The position numbers were made by a program, and so were the translations under genes. This document shows positions 38,799 to 49,872 of a stretch of 64,000 bases of DNA, piece by piece. The stretch is taken from the NCBI GenBank assembly GCA_902605035.1, contig CACLBB010000003.1, positions 30,054 through 94,053 on the forward strand, in the 5' to 3' direction. Within the stretch, counting starts at the first letter, position 1. Every line of letters starts with the position of its first letter. This stretch comes from an uncultured Pelagibacteraceae bacterium (GTDB lineage: Bacteria > Pseudomonadota > Alphaproteobacteria > Pelagibacterales > Pelagibacteraceae). The notes beneath the pieces are model-generated. The model saw only the letters and a list, made by a program, of their open reading frames with translations, did no database searches and was not told the DNA's origin.

Positions 38799-40857
38799 GA
38801 TTTGCCTTACTGACAATGCCTTTTTCTTCCATCGTATCAATAATTCTAGCAGCCCTGTTATAACCAATTTGTAATTTTCTCTGTAAAAAGCTTGTAGATG
38901 CTTTTCCTTCAGCTTTTATAATTTCTAACGCTTGATTGAATAACTCATCCTCCTCACCTTCACTTGCAGGCGTTAGAGAGCTTTCTAAAGTCTCTTGTGA
39001 AGTTATTTCATCCATATAATCAGGCTCTCCTTGTGCTCTTAAAGAATTTGCTATTTTTTCTATTTCACTTTCAGAAATATATGGGCCATGAATTCTAACT
39101 ATTCTATTGGCAGAAGACATAAATAACATATCCCCCTTTCCCAATAATTGTTCAGCGCCTTGCTCTCCTAATATAGTTCTGCTATCTATTTTTGAACTTA
39201 CTTGAAAAGATATTCTGGTTGGAAAATTTGCTTTTATTGTACCAGTAATTACATCAACACTTGGTCTTTGAGTGGCCATTATAATATGAATTCCAGCTGC
39301 TCTAGCCATCTGAGATAATTTTTGAATATAATTTTCTATTTCTTTCCCAGCTACTAACATTAAATCTGACATTTCATCTACAACTACAACTAAGTATGGC
39401 ATTTTTAATTTATGTTTAGAATTATAACCATCTATGTTTCTTACGCCGACTTTACTCATTAATTTATATCTACTGTTCATTTCTTTTACAGTCCAAGAAA
39501 GAGCGGAAGTTGCTTTTTTGGCATCAGTAATAACTGGAGTTAGCAAATGAGGAATTCCTTCATAAGTAGATAGCTCTAACATTTTGGGATCAATCAAAAT
39601 AAATTTACAAAGATCCGGATTTAATTTGTAAAGCAAAGAAACAATAATAGTATTTATGCAAACTGATTTTCCTGATCCAGTTGTTCCTGCGATTAAGAGA
39701 TGTGGCATCGAAGTTAAATCACCAATGATTGGTGTTCCAGATATGCTTTTACCAAGAGCAATTGGTAGTTTAATATCTTTATTTTGGTATTTTTCATTAG
39801 CCAGTATTTCTTTCAAAATGACACTCTCCCTGTCTTCGTTTGGAATCTCTATCCCCACAGTATTTTTTCCTGGAATTACGGAAACTCGTGCAGACGTTGA
39901 GCTAGTATTTCTGGCCAGGTCTTCAGACAAATTTATAATCTTTGAAACTTTCACTCCGGGCGCTGGTTCAAATTCATATAAACTTACAACAGGCCCTTTG
40001 TTAATTGCTTTTATTTTACCATTTATACCAAAATCAAGTAGAATCTTTTCCATAAATTCTGCATCTGGTTGATTTTTATTAGTTTCGGATGAACTTAGTT
40101 TTTGTAATTTTTTATTTAAATAATTAATATCAGGTAGTTTATATTTTGTTTTTGGATTAATATTGTCTTTCTGAGCACTTATCTCACTATCGAACATAAA
40201 TGATTGTTGAGGTTTTTCTATTAGATTAGTCCTCTCTTCATCATTTATTGCACTTAAATTTACCTCTGGGGTTCCAGATGATTTTTTCTTAAAGATAGAA
40301 AGCGTGCTAGATAAAATTTTTTTATAATTTATTTCAGCTGATAAAGAAAATAGAATAAGAGTTAATAAAAATAATGTAAATATCGAGTAACTATTATTAA
40401 TCCATGGAATCCAAGTATTTAAGAAGTTGTATGTTATTTTTCCTACAAAACCTGAGTTCCCGTTATCAATTAACCAAAAAGAATTATTAAAAGTAAGATA
40501 AATAAAAACCGTTCCCATAATTAGGTAAGCAACTACTAAAAATAATTTTAAAATAATTTTTTTTAATTCTTTCTTAATAATTAAATTTAGCCCCCAAAAT
40601 AAAAGATTTAAAAGCAACAAAAAAGAGGCTATTCCAAAGCTTTGTAACAAGAAATCAGCGATACTACTTCCATAAATTCCGAAAAAATTCAAAATTTCTA
40701 AATTTTTATCACCGTAAATAAAAGAAGGATCCTCAGGTGAGTATGTTGAAAAAGCAATAGCAAGTGCGACACTTGCAAAAATAAGGATTAATCCCAATAA
40801 TTCAAAGGTTCGCTTTTTTAAAAAATTTGTTAAACTATTTAAAAAGTTTGTATTCAT
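38773..40857 (-). CDS. ftsK: DNA translocase FtsK
   Basis: N-terminal TMs, MPHLLIAGTTGSGKS, IDPKMLELS, ATQRPSVDVITG, gamma domain LQRKLQIGYNRAAR. Confidence 0.97.
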   Translation of the reverse strand: MNTNFLNSLTNFLKKRTFELLGLILIFASVALAIAFSTYSPEDPSFIYGDKNLEILNFFGIYGSSIADFLLQSFGIASFLLLLNLLFWGLNLIIKKELKKIILKLFLVVAYLIMGTVFIYLTFNNSFWLIDNGNSGFVGKITYNFLNTWIPWINNSYSIFTLFLLTLILFSLSAEINYKKILSSTLSIFKKKSSGTPEVNLSAINDEERTNLIEKPQQSFMFDSEISAQKDNINPKTKYKLPDINYLNKKLQKLSSSETNKNQPDAEFMEKILLDFGINGKIKAINKGPVVSLYEFEPAPGVKVSKIINLSEDLARNTSSTSARVSVIPGKNTVGIEIPNEDRESVILKEILANEKYQNKDIKLPIALGKSISGTPIIGDLTSMPHLLIAGTTGSGKSVCINTIIVSLLYKLNPDLCKFILIDPKMLELSTYEGIPHLLTPVITDAKKATSALSWTVKEMNSRYKLMSKVGVRNIDGYNSKHKLKMPYLVVVVDEMSDLMLVAGKEIENYIQKLSQMARAAGIHIIMATQRPSVDVITGTIKANFPTRISFQVSSKIDSRTILGEQGAEQLLGKGDMLFMSSANRIVRIHGPYISESEIEKIANSLRAQGEPDYMDEITSQETLESSLTPASEGEEDELFNQALEIIKAEGKASTSFLQRKLQIGYNRAARIIDTMEEKGIVSKANHVGKREVL

Positions 40858-40913
40858 TTCGAATCGTTTTACGTACTTTTTATCATTTTTATGAAAGTGT
40901 TAAAAATTTTTAT

Positions 40914-42020
40914 ATGAATAAACAGAGAATATGTGTTGTAGGAGACGGATTATCAGGGTTAATGACAGCTATAACTCTGAGTAATATCCCAGAATTAGAG
41001 ATTAGTGTATTAGCAAAAAAACAATTAAAAAAAAAAGATAAAAGAACCACCGCTATATCAGATACAAATTTTAATTTTTTTAAAGAGAATATCAAAAATT
41101 TGAAAAACAGTTATTTTTGGCCGTCAAAAAAAATAGAGCTTTATTATGAAACAAAAAAAAATCAAATTAATTTTCTTAATCTAAACGAGAAAAAATCAAA
41201 TTTAATGTACGTCTTTGAGAATAACAAAATCAGAGAATTTCTTCTCAAAGAAATTATGAAGAAAAAAATAAAAATTATTAGAAAAGAAATTAAAAATTTA
41301 ATTGAATTGAAAAAATTTGACTTAGTAATTCTCTGCTTAGGTGGTAATTCTAATCTTTATGAAGAAATTACTAAAGGCAGATCAATCCAAAAAGACTACA
41401 AAGAAATTGCAGTCACTGGTTATATTAATCATAAAATCAATAACTTGAGTACTAGCCAATTTTTTTTAAAAGAAGGACCATTGGCAATACTTCCTTTTTC
41501 TAAACAAAATTTTTCATTTGTATGGAGTCTTAATAAAGAATTTTATATTCATAATTCTAAAAATATAAAAAATTTAGTTAAAAAAAAAATTATAAAAATT
41601 TTAAAAATAAAAAAGATAATTACAGTAAGCAATATTCAGTCTTATCCTATACATCTAGGTCTTAAAAAAGATTATTTTAAAAAAAATATTTTAGTTTTAG
41701 GCGAAGGCCTTCATACTATACACCCGGTAGCAGGCCAGGGGTTTAATTTAGTGTTGAGGGATATTAAAAAATTAAAAGAAATTTTAAAATATTATTCTAC
41801 TTTAGGCATTTCAGTGAAAAATAGTTATGCCTTGAAGGACTTCTATGAAAGTCGTAAACCTGAAAACACAATTATGAGCTTAGGAGTTGATCTAACTCAT
41901 AGATTTTTTAAAAGGGATAAATATTTAGATACTTTAAAGAGCGTAATCATAAAAAATATTTCTTCATCAAAAACATTATCCCAAATTGCTAAGAAAATTT
42001 CAGATAAAGGATTATATTAA
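40914..42020 (+). CDS. UbiH/UbiF-family FAD-dependent ubiquinone hydroxylase
   Basis: VVGDGLSG FAD motif, RTTAIS, GPLAILP, GE..HTIHPVAGQGFNL..RD. ATG 40914 preferred over the track start. Confidence 0.85.
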   Translation: MNKQRICVVGDGLSGLMTAITLSNIPELEISVLAKKQLKKKDKRTTAISDTNFNFFKENIKNLKNSYFWPSKKIELYYETKKNQINFLNLNEKKSNLMYVFENNKIREFLLKEIMKKKIKIIRKEIKNLIELKKFDLVILCLGGNSNLYEEITKGRSIQKDYKEIAVTGYINHKINNLSTSQFFLKEGPLAILPFSKQNFSFVWSLNKEFYIHNSKNIKNLVKKKIIKILKIKKIITVSNIQSYPIHLGLKKDYFKKNILVLGEGLHTIHPVAGQGFNLVLRDIKKLKEILKYYSTLGISVKNSYALKDFYESRKPENTIMSLGVDLTHRFFKRDKYLDTLKSVIIKNISSSKTLSQIAKKISDKGLY

Positions 42021-42021
42021 T

Positions 42022-42861
42022 TTAACGAATTGAAATAAGGTAGTATCCCCAACCTAAAAAAGTTTCATCGTTTGTTTGGTCAAATTCTTTTGAAATACCA
42101 GGTATTTTGTTATGCATTGTACCTCTGTGCTCTTTCTCGATAATAAAATCTAAATTTTTAAACAAGTTTCTATAATCGTTATGCCTTAGACGATTTTGAA
42201 ATAAATAGTTGTTATTGTACTTTTTCCATTTTTTCTCACTAAAAGTTAAAAAATTCAAGGGATCAATATTTTTATCAGTATGTGAATAATGATCACTATA
42301 ATCAATTATGGACGATACAAATCCATTTTTTTTAAGAACAAATTTAACTTGGTTTAAAAACAAATTAAGGTCATCAAGAGAAAAATGTTCTAACGAAGTT
42401 GTTGAGGTACAAATATCAAACTTTTCTACTTTAATATCTTTAATTTTACATGGGGCTTCATAATGAATGTTGTAATCATTTTTTAAATCCCGAATATTTT
42501 TTATTTTTCCTTTAAAATCTTTATTTAATATTTTCGCAATTCTATGACTAGCTTCATTACATAACTCGAAACTAATCATATTATTAATATCAATAACTTT
42601 CTGAAATTTATCATTATCAAAATAATATGAAAAAAAAATATTTTGCTCTAATGATTTTCCAGCTCCAATCTCTAAAATTGACTTACAATTTTTTTCTTGA
42701 ATTGAGGCTGCGTGTCTTTTCCAGTGGGGGTTAAGCGTAGTAAATTGTATTTTTGCCCTGCCTGTTATATATCTTTGTATAAAATATAATGTTTTATTAA
42801 GTTTAAAAACTTCAAAAACTTTATATAGCAAAGCTTTTAATTTCCAGTTAATTTGAAACAT
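42022..42861 (-). CDS. Putative class I SAM-dependent methyltransferase
   Basis: ILEIGAG motif I, FDIC.S..SLEH, LKKNG, IDYSDHY, QNRLR. Confidence 0.7.
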   Translation of the reverse strand: MFQINWKLKALLYKVFEVFKLNKTLYFIQRYITGRAKIQFTTLNPHWKRHAASIQEKNCKSILEIGAGKSLEQNIFFSYYFDNDKFQKVIDINNMISFELCNEASHRIAKILNKDFKGKIKNIRDLKNDYNIHYEAPCKIKDIKVEKFDICTSTTSLEHFSLDDLNLFLNQVKFVLKKNGFVSSIIDYSDHYSHTDKNIDPLNFLTFSEKKWKKYNNNYLFQNRLRHNDYRNLFKNLDFIIEKEHRGTMHNKIPGISKEFDQTNDETFLGWGYYLISIR

Positions 42862-42894
42862 AGAAAAATATAAAGTAAATAATACAGATTTGAT

Positions 42895-44223
42895 ATGAAT
42901 ATTTATGCTCTATCTTCAGGCAAAGGTCCGTCTGGTATTGCAATTGTTAGAATTTCTGGATCTGATGTTTACAATATTTGCAAAAGAATAACTAAACTAA
43001 AAGAAATTAAAGTTACCGAGGTTAATTTTTGCAAATTTTATAACCCTAAAAATGATAACGTTATAGACCCTGAAGCTTTATTGTTATGGTTTCCAGGACC
43101 AAACAGTTATACGGGGGAGGATTTAGCTGAACTTCAAATTCACGGAAGTAATGCCGTTATTACTGCTTTATTAACTGTTTTATCAGAGGAAAAAAATTGC
43201 AGGTTAGCTGAACCAGGCGAGTTTACTAAATTAGCTCTTCAAAATGATAAAATTGATTTACTCAAAGCAGAGAGCATAGGAGATTTAATTCATTCCGAGA
43301 CAGAATTACAAAGACAACAAGCAGTAAAACTAGTTCAGGGTAACGCATCAAATTACTATAACGATCTGAGAGAAAAAATAATAAAATCACTTGCATTTGT
43401 GGAAGCTAAAATTGATTTTGCTGAGGAAGATCTGCCTGAAAAGGTATTAAAAGAAGCTCATAAATCGATTAAGAAAATCCATTCAGAAATCACTAAAATC
43501 ATTGAAGATAATAAAGTTGGAGAGAAAATTAGAGATGGTTTTAGAGTTTCAATTATAGGGGAAGTAAATGCAGGTAAATCATCATTATTAAATTTACTAT
43601 CAAAAAGAGAAGTTGCAATTGTTTCAGATGAAGCTGGAACAACTAGAGATATCATAGAAACTTATTTAAATTTAGATGGTTATCCTGTTATTCTTGCAGA
43701 TACAGCCGGTATAAGAGATGCTAAAAGCGAGATAGAAAAAAAAGGTATTTCTTTAGCAATAGGAAAATCAAAAGAAGCAGATTTAAATATAGTTGTGATA
43801 GATAACTCATCGAAAAAAATAAACATTGAAATACAGAAAATTATTAATCAAGATACTATTATTCTTTTAAATAAATCAGATGTTTCAGATAAACGAAATC
43901 ATAAATTTGATGTAGATACTGTTTTAGTTTCAGTTAAAAATAATAAAAATATAGATAAATTAATCTATTTAATTAAAACTAAGTTAAGTAAAAAGTTTTC
44001 ATCAAATAATAACGTTTTAATTACGAGAGAAAGACATAGAACTAAGCTTAATGAATGTTTAAAAGAATTAGATAAGTTCCTAAAAAAAGATCAAAGCATA
44101 GACCTTGAATTAGCTGCAGAAGATTTAAGAATGGCTACACGTCATTTAGGCAGTATAGTTGGTAAAGTTGATGTAGAAGAAATACTTGGATCTATCTTCA
44201 AAGACTTCTGCATAGGTAAATAA
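42895..44223 (+). CDS. mnmE: tRNA modification GTPase MnmE
   Basis: SYTGED, AEPGEFT, GEVNAGKSS, GTTRD, DTAGIR, FCIGK. Confidence 0.98.
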   Translation: MNIYALSSGKGPSGIAIVRISGSDVYNICKRITKLKEIKVTEVNFCKFYNPKNDNVIDPEALLLWFPGPNSYTGEDLAELQIHGSNAVITALLTVLSEEKNCRLAEPGEFTKLALQNDKIDLLKAESIGDLIHSETELQRQQAVKLVQGNASNYYNDLREKIIKSLAFVEAKIDFAEEDLPEKVLKEAHKSIKKIHSEITKIIEDNKVGEKIRDGFRVSIIGEVNAGKSSLLNLLSKREVAIVSDEAGTTRDIIETYLNLDGYPVILADTAGIRDAKSEIEKKGISLAIGKSKEADLNIVVIDNSSKKINIEIQKIINQDTIILLNKSDVSDKRNHKFDVDTVLVSVKNNKNIDKLIYLIKTKLSKKFSSNNNVLITRERHRTKLNECLKELDKFLKKDQSIDLELAAEDLRMATRHLGSIVGKVDVEEILGSIFKDFCIGK

Positions 44224-44265
44224 AATACTACTTGTAATCTAAATTGAGACGGTTACATTCTCATC

Positions 44266-46134
44266 ATGATAAAACAAAGCTATGATGTAGTAGTTATAGG
44301 CGGTGGACACGCCGGATGTGAGGCAGCGGCTGCATCCGCCAGAATGGGCGTAAATACTGCACTTTTTACACATAAAATAGAGACAATAGGTGAGATGTCG
44401 TGCAATCCAGCTATTGGAGGCCTAGGTAAAGGGCATCTTGTAAGAGAAATAGATGCTTTAGATGGTATAATGGGAGAAATAGCTGATAAATCGGGAATCC
44501 AATTTAGATTATTAAACAGAAGTCGAGGCCCAGCAGTTCAAGGACCTAGGACTCAGTCAGATAGAGCTCTTTACAAGAAACATATGCAAAAAAAATTACT
44601 AAATTATAAAAATTTAGAAATAATTGCTGATCCAGTGATCAAATTTTTATTTAATAAGAATAAAGTCATAGGATTTATTTGTGAAAGTGGAAAAGAAATA
44701 AGATCAAAAGAATTAATACTAACAACAGGCACTTTTCTTAATGGTTTAATCCATATCGGACCAACTAAAATACCAGCTGGTAGATTTGAGGAAAAACCTG
44801 CGACAGGTCTAAGTGAACAATTGGAAAAATTTAAAATGAAAATTGGAAGATTAAAAACAGGTACCCCGCCAAGATTAGATGGAAGAACTATAAATTATGA
44901 TGATCTTGAAATGCAGCCAGCAGATGATGAGCACAGCTATTTTTCATTTTTAACAAATAGAACTTACAATAAACAAATTAAATGTGGGATAACCCATACA
45001 AACAATGAAGTACACAAAATTATAAGTGCAAATATTACTAAAAGTGCAATGTACTCCGGAGACATAAAAGGAGTTGGTCCTAGATATTGCCCGTCTATAG
45101 AAGATAAAATTGTTAAATTTAAAGATAAGAATAAACATCAGATTTTTTTAGAACCAGAAGGTTTGGATGACGATACTATTTATCCTAATGGAATTTCTAC
45201 CTCCCTCCCTGAAGAAATACAGGTCCAAATATTGTCTAAAATTAAGGGTTTAGAGCAAGTTAAGATGAAAAGAGCTGGTTATGCCATTGAATACGACTTT
45301 GTTGATCCTAGAGAGCTAAAAGCAACTTTAGAAACAAAGAAAATTGATTCCCTTTTTTTAGCAGGTCAAATTAATGGAACTACAGGGTATGAAGAAGCTG
45401 CTGCCCAGGGTCTCATCGCTGGAATTAATGCTGCCAAAAAAGTTCAAAAAAGTGGAGAATTTTTACTAAATAGATCTAATTCTTACATAGGAGTTATGAT
45501 AGATGATCTAATTACTAAGGGTGTGTCTGAACCTTACAGGATGTTTACATCTAGAGCGGAATACAGACTTACTCTTAGATCCGATAATGCAGATCAAAGA
45601 CTTTCTAATTTGGGTATAAAAATTAACTTGTTAAGTCAAAATCGAAAAAAATTATTTTTAGAAAAAGAGTTAAAGTTGTTTGCTCTAAAAAAATCTCTTA
45701 AGGAAAAAGTTCTTTCACCTAATGAAGCTAAAACTCATTCTGTTAAAGTTGCAATGGATGGTGTTAAAAGATCTGTTTTCGATATCATGGGTCAAAGAAA
45801 TTTAAATATGGCAAAAATAAGGCAAAAATTTCCAGATGTACCTCTGTATGATTTAGAAATTGATAAACAGGTTGAAATTGACGCTCATTATCAGGGTTAC
45901 CTCACTAGGCAATTGAAAGATATAGAGGCCTTCAGGAAGGATGAGTCTTTTTCTATTCCAAAGGATATGAATTACGATTATCTAAGCGGTCTATCCAACG
46001 AAATTAAGTCAAAATTGAAAAAAATAAGGCCTAGTACGTTAGGGCACGCTTTAAGAATTGATGGAGTTACCCCAGCGGCAGCAATAATATTACTTTCTCA
46101 CTTGAAAAAGGTAAAAAGAAGGGCTGTTGGTTAA
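44266..46134 (+). CDS. mnmG: tRNA uridine-5-carboxymethylaminomethyl enzyme MnmG (GidA)
   Basis: [45 protein letters not shown]. Confidence 0.99.
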   Translation: MIKQSYDVVVIGGGHAGCEAAAASARMGVNTALFTHKIETIGEMSCNPAIGGLGKGHLVREIDALDGIMGEIADKSGIQFRLLNRSRGPAVQGPRTQSDRALYKKHMQKKLLNYKNLEIIADPVIKFLFNKNKVIGFICESGKEIRSKELILTTGTFLNGLIHIGPTKIPAGRFEEKPATGLSEQLEKFKMKIGRLKTGTPPRLDGRTINYDDLEMQPADDEHSYFSFLTNRTYNKQIKCGITHTNNEVHKIISANITKSAMYSGDIKGVGPRYCPSIEDKIVKFKDKNKHQIFLEPEGLDDDTIYPNGISTSLPEEIQVQILSKIKGLEQVKMKRAGYAIEYDFVDPRELKATLETKKIDSLFLAGQINGTTGYEEAAAQGLIAGINAAKKVQKSGEFLLNRSNSYIGVMIDDLITKGVSEPYRMFTSRAEYRLTLRSDNADQRLSNLGIKINLLSQNRKKLFLEKELKLFALKKSLKEKVLSPNEAKTHSVKVAMDGVKRSVFDIMGQRNLNMAKIRQKFPDVPLYDLEIDKQVEIDAHYQGYLTRQLKDIEAFRKDESFSIPKDMNYDYLSGLSNEIKSKLKKIRPSTLGHALRIDGVTPAAAIILLSHLKKVKRRAVG

Positions 46135-46778
46135 TGAATGAGGACGATGTTGCTAAATATTTAAAAAATAAGCTTCTTTTTTCTCAAAGATCCATAGAAA
46201 AGCTAAAAAAGTTCAAAATTAGGCTCTTAGAGCGTAACCGAAGATACAATTTGATATCTAAAAGTACTATTAATAGTATCTGGAATAGACATATACTTGA
46301 CTCTGCCCAAATTATTAAATTTTTGCCTGATAATACAAAACAAATTGCTGATTTAGGAACAGGCGCTGGTTTCCCTGGAATTATCCTGTCTATATTCGAT
46401 GAAAAAAACAAGTTTCACGTGAAATTATATGAAAAGTCGCCCGTTAAGAGACAATTTCTCAAGGAAATTAGACAAATGTTAGGATTAAAGTTCGATATTG
46501 AAAGCAATGTATACCAAGAAAAAATAGTAGCTGACGTAGTTTTAGTTAGAGCCTTCAAAAAACTAGCCGAAATTATTAAAATTTCACGTGAAACGTGTAG
46601 CAAAAGTCATAAATTGATCATTTTAAAAGGAAAAAATGCACAATCAGAAATAAATAATGTATCATTAGGGCGTAATTACAGTTATAAACTTTTTAATAGC
46701 ATTACAGATAATGATTCGAAAATTATACTGGTAGATGCAAAAAAAAATGACAACAAAAACAACTATTGCTGTAATTAA
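46134..46778 (+). CDS. rsmG: 16S rRNA m7G527 methyltransferase RsmG (GidB)
   Basis: RHILDSAQ, DLGTGAGFPG, RAF, LKGK. Confidence 0.93.
   Translation: MNEDDVAKYLKNKLLFSQRSIEKLKKFKIRLLERNRRYNLISKSTINSIWNRHILDSAQIIKFLPDNTKQIADLGTGAGFPGIILSIFDEKNKFHVKLYEKSPVKRQFLKEIRQMLGLKFDIESNVYQEKIVADVVLVRAFKKLAEIIKISRETCSKSHKLIILKGKNAQSEINNVSLGRNYSYKLFNSITDNDSKIILVDAKKNDNKNNYCCN
46411..46426. promoter_or_regulatory. parS-like site 1 (inside rsmG)
   Basis: AGTTTCACGTGAAATT, 13/16 match to TGTTTCACGTGAAACA with perfect palindromic core TTTCACGTGAAA; just upstream of parAB. Confidence 0.8.
46580..46595. promoter_or_regulatory. parS-like site 2 (inside rsmG)
   Basis: AATTTCACGTGAAACG, 13/16 match with the same palindromic core. 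Confidence 0.8.
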
Positions 46779-47550
46779 TCAAAAAGGCGGAGTAGGAAAA
46801 ACAACCACTGTTATCAACTTGGCTTCAGCACTGTCCATTTTGGGTCAAAATAATTTGATCATAGATTTAGACCCTCAAGGTAATGCCTCTACTGGCCTTG
46901 GAAAGTCTAATAATGATAACGATCAAAATATTTATAATTTGTTAATAAAGAAAAAAAAACTATCTGAAGTAATTCAAAAAACTGATGTAAAGAATTTAGA
47001 TTTAATAAGCTCAACAGTAAATTTATCTGGATTGGAAGTGGAAACTGCCAATGACTCTGATAGAGCATTCTTTTTGAAATATATTTTAAAAAATGAGAAA
47101 GAACAAATATTATCAAAATATGATAACATTTTTATAGACTGTCCCCCCTCTCTAAGTCTACTAACCATAATGGCTCTTGTGGCGTCGGATGAGCTATTAG
47201 TCCCACTTCAAACAGAATTTTTTGCACTAGAGGGTATTACACAACTAGTTAAAACAATAGACAGGATCAAAGTAAATTTAAACCCAAAATTAAATGTAAG
47301 AGGTATCTTGTTAACTATGTTTGATAAGAGAAATAAGTTGTCTACTCAAGTCGATAAGGAGGCAAGAAATTATTTTAAAGAGAAAGTATATAAGACTGTA
47401 ATTCCAAGAAATGTAAGATTATCAGAAGCTCCTTCTCATGGCCTTCCATGTGTTGTTTATGACAAAAGCTGTCTTGGAAGTAAATCTTACTTTAAATTAG
47501 CGAGTGAGTTCAAAGAGAAAAAAAGTATAAAAGTTGAAAGCGCTGCATGA
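46735..47550 (+). CDS. parA: Chromosome partitioning ATPase ParA/Soj (start may be ATG 46747)
   Basis: NQKGGVGKTTT, DLDPQGNA, IDCPPSL, IPRNVRLSEAPSHG. Confidence 0.97.
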   Translation: MQKKMTTKTTIAVINQKGGVGKTTTVINLASALSILGQNNLIIDLDPQGNASTGLGKSNNDNDQNIYNLLIKKKKLSEVIQKTDVKNLDLISSTVNLSGLEVETANDSDRAFFLKYILKNEKEQILSKYDNIFIDCPPSLSLLTIMALVASDELLVPLQTEFFALEGITQLVKTIDRIKVNLNPKLNVRGILLTMFDKRNKLSTQVDKEARNYFKEKVYKTVIPRNVRLSEAPSHGLPCVVYDKSCLGSKSYFKLASEFKEKKSIKVESAA

Positions 47551-48413
47551 GTAAAACGAAGAAAAGGGGATTAGGAAGAGGTTTAACCGCTTTATTTGGC
47601 GACCAGCAGGTTGATATTAAGAAAGTAAACAAGCCGATTGATGGAAGGCTTAAGGCCAATATTAGTGATTTAACTAGAAATAAATTTCAACCTAGAACTC
47701 ATTTTAATGAGCAAAAATTAGAAGAATTGGCAGGGTCAATTAAAAAAAACGGTATTATTCAACCTATAGCTGTAAGAGAAGATAAACAGGATCCGGGTAG
47801 ATACGAAATTATAGCTGGTGAGAGAAGATGGATAGCTGCTCAAAAAGCAGGGTTACATGAGGTGCCGATTGTAATTTTAGATTTAAATGATAATGAAGCT
47901 TTAGAAATTGCAATAGTAGAAAATATACAACGTGACGATCTTAACGTTGTTGAAGAAGCTAAGGGTTATAAAAGATTATCTGATGAATTTGGATATGATC
48001 ATGAAAAAATAGCAAGATTTATGTCTAAAAGTAGAAGTCATGTAAGTAACACTTTACGATTACTGTCCTTACCAAAAGATGTTATCGCCATGATCGAGGA
48101 GGGAAGTTTATCTGCAGGCCAAGCTAGGCCTTTAATTGGTTTATCCAACGCAACAAATATAGCTGAAGAAGTTGTTTCAAAAAATTTGAGTTCTCGAAGT
48201 GTGGAAATGTTAGTACGAGGACAAAAAGCACCTATCAAATCAGGTCAAATCAGAATTGATGCAAACATTCTTAGTGAACAAAATAAAATTGAAGAAATTC
48301 TTGGTTTAAAAGTAGTGATTAATAATAAGAAAAATAACTCAGGTAAAATTGTAATAACCTATAAAAATTTGGAACAGTTCGAGTTACTTTCTGACTTGCT
48401 CAAGCGGAATTAG
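47547..48413 (+). CDS. parB: Chromosome partitioning protein ParB
   Basis: GLGRGL.AL, QPR..F, IAGERRW.AA, ENIQR, KSRSHVSN.LRLL. Confidence 0.97.
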   Translation: MSKTKKRGLGRGLTALFGDQQVDIKKVNKPIDGRLKANISDLTRNKFQPRTHFNEQKLEELAGSIKKNGIIQPIAVREDKQDPGRYEIIAGERRWIAAQKAGLHEVPIVILDLNDNEALEIAIVENIQRDDLNVVEEAKGYKRLSDEFGYDHEKIARFMSKSRSHVSNTLRLLSLPKDVIAMIEEGSLSAGQARPLIGLSNATNIAEEVVSKNLSSRSVEMLVRGQKAPIKSGQIRIDANILSEQNKIEEILGLKVVINNKKNNSGKIVITYKNLEQFELLSDLLKRN

Positions 48414-49398
48414 CTGTCGAACATAAGTCAATAATTAAATTTTTTATCAATAAATCTTTTTTTATTGCCGGACTTGATTTAATTTTTAATTCAATTTCGT
48501 AAGTTTTTTTTAGAGCTTTTTTTAATTTATTCCTGTCCCATTTTTTTGATTGTTCAATTATTATTGGTTTGTCTTTCCAAAAAATTGGTGGTCTAAGTTT
48601 AGAAATTAAAAACTCTACATTTTTTTCATTTTTTTTCATATTTTCAATTTCATTTAACTTGTTTATTCTTTGGTTAATCAGATTTAGGTAAAATATATTG
48701 TTTTCACTTTCAAATATTGTATCCCCTAAGAGTTTATTAGTGTTGATTTTATTGCCATTTATAGCTTCATCTCTTAGTTTATTAAAATCATCGTTCATCC
48801 TTATATTTAGCAAAGCTACTAGCTTTTCAGGTTCAATTATTTTATCTATAAAGCAGCTTTTAATCTTATCTATTTCATTATTAACTTTATTTCTGTCTAA
48901 ACCAGTGTTTTGAACTATAAAATTGATAACTTGTGGAGTTAGTCCCTTATACTGTTTTAATTTATCGAGGATAATCTTTTTAATTGTTATTTCATTATCC
49001 GGGTAACAAGGTATTACAGCGCAAGTTTTAGATTTTTCTAATTTGTGTCTCAATTTTGATTTTTTATCCAAATTTTCGGCAAATAGTATAACCTTTTCAT
49101 CAACTGCATTATTAATAACTTCGTCAATGACCTTTGAAAATTTTTCGCTTACTTGATCTATAAAAATCATTTTTTTTTCATTAAATAAGGATTTATTGGA
49201 AATTTCGTTAAAAAGAATATTTTCATTTTGAATAATTTCTTCCTGTAAAAAAATTAATTTTTCATTTTTAATATTTTTAGTTTTCAAAATTTGTCTAAAT
49301 TCTCTTTTGAGACCATGATTTTCGCCGTAAAATAAAAAAACGTTATATTTATCAAAAAAATCTGGATTTTGTTCTATCAGGTAACTTTTAAATATCAT
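48400..49398 (-). CDS. holA: DNA polymerase III delta subunit
   Basis: FLFYGEN.G, SLF, L.KKSKLR, CYPD, RPPIFWK; leuS-lptE-holA synteny. Confidence 0.88.
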   Translation of the reverse strand: MIFKSYLIEQNPDFFDKYNVFLFYGENHGLKREFRQILKTKNIKNEKLIFLQEEIIQNENILFNEISNKSLFNEKKMIFIDQVSEKFSKVIDEVINNAVDEKVILFAENLDKKSKLRHKLEKSKTCAVIPCYPDNEITIKKIILDKLKQYKGLTPQVINFIVQNTGLDRNKVNNEIDKIKSCFIDKIIEPEKLVALLNIRMNDDFNKLRDEAINGNKINTNKLLGDTIFESENNIFYLNLINQRINKLNEIENMKKNEKNVEFLISKLRPPIFWKDKPIIIEQSKKWDRNKLKKALKKTYEIELKIKSSPAIKKDLLIKNLIIDLCSTANSA

Positions 49399-49870
49399 TA
49401 ATTTTTATACCTATACTATTAGCAATTTTCTCAGAAATATTCTCAACTAAATTGTCTATCAATTTTTTTTCATTAGCAAGTGTTTTAGTATGAAACTCAT
49501 CTACAGAATAATCGCCTTGAATATTAAAATTAATTTCTTGCTTATCCTTAGAACTTCCAACTATGTCAAAAGATACGTTTACTTCTAAATTTAATTGATA
49601 TTTCGTTATTTCATTTTTGATGTTTTTTTCTTTAATAGTTTTATTCTTTTTAGTGTTAAGATATAGAATTATTTCATTCTGTCTTTGTTGTTTTGAGTAA
49701 ATATATAAATCGTTTTTAATTTTATAACTTATTCTCTTATCACCGCTGGTTACTATTTCTTTTATAGAAAAATTATTTGTATTTGACTTATCCAAGACTT
49801 TGTAACCACAACTACTTAACAATAATATTAAGAAAATAAGTGAAAATTTAGTGATTTTTTTTTTAAACAT
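49388..49870 (-). CDS. lptE: LPS assembly lipoprotein LptE
   Basis: Lipobox LSSCGY; between leuS and holA. Confidence 0.8.
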   Translation of the reverse strand: MFKKKITKFSLIFLILLLSSCGYKVLDKSNTNNFSIKEIVTSGDKRISYKIKNDLYIYSKQQRQNEIILYLNTKKNKTIKEKNIKNEITKYQLNLEVNVSFDIVGSSKDKQEINFNIQGDYSVDEFHTKTLANEKKLIDNLVENISEKIANSIGIKINDI

Positions 49871-49872
49871 AT

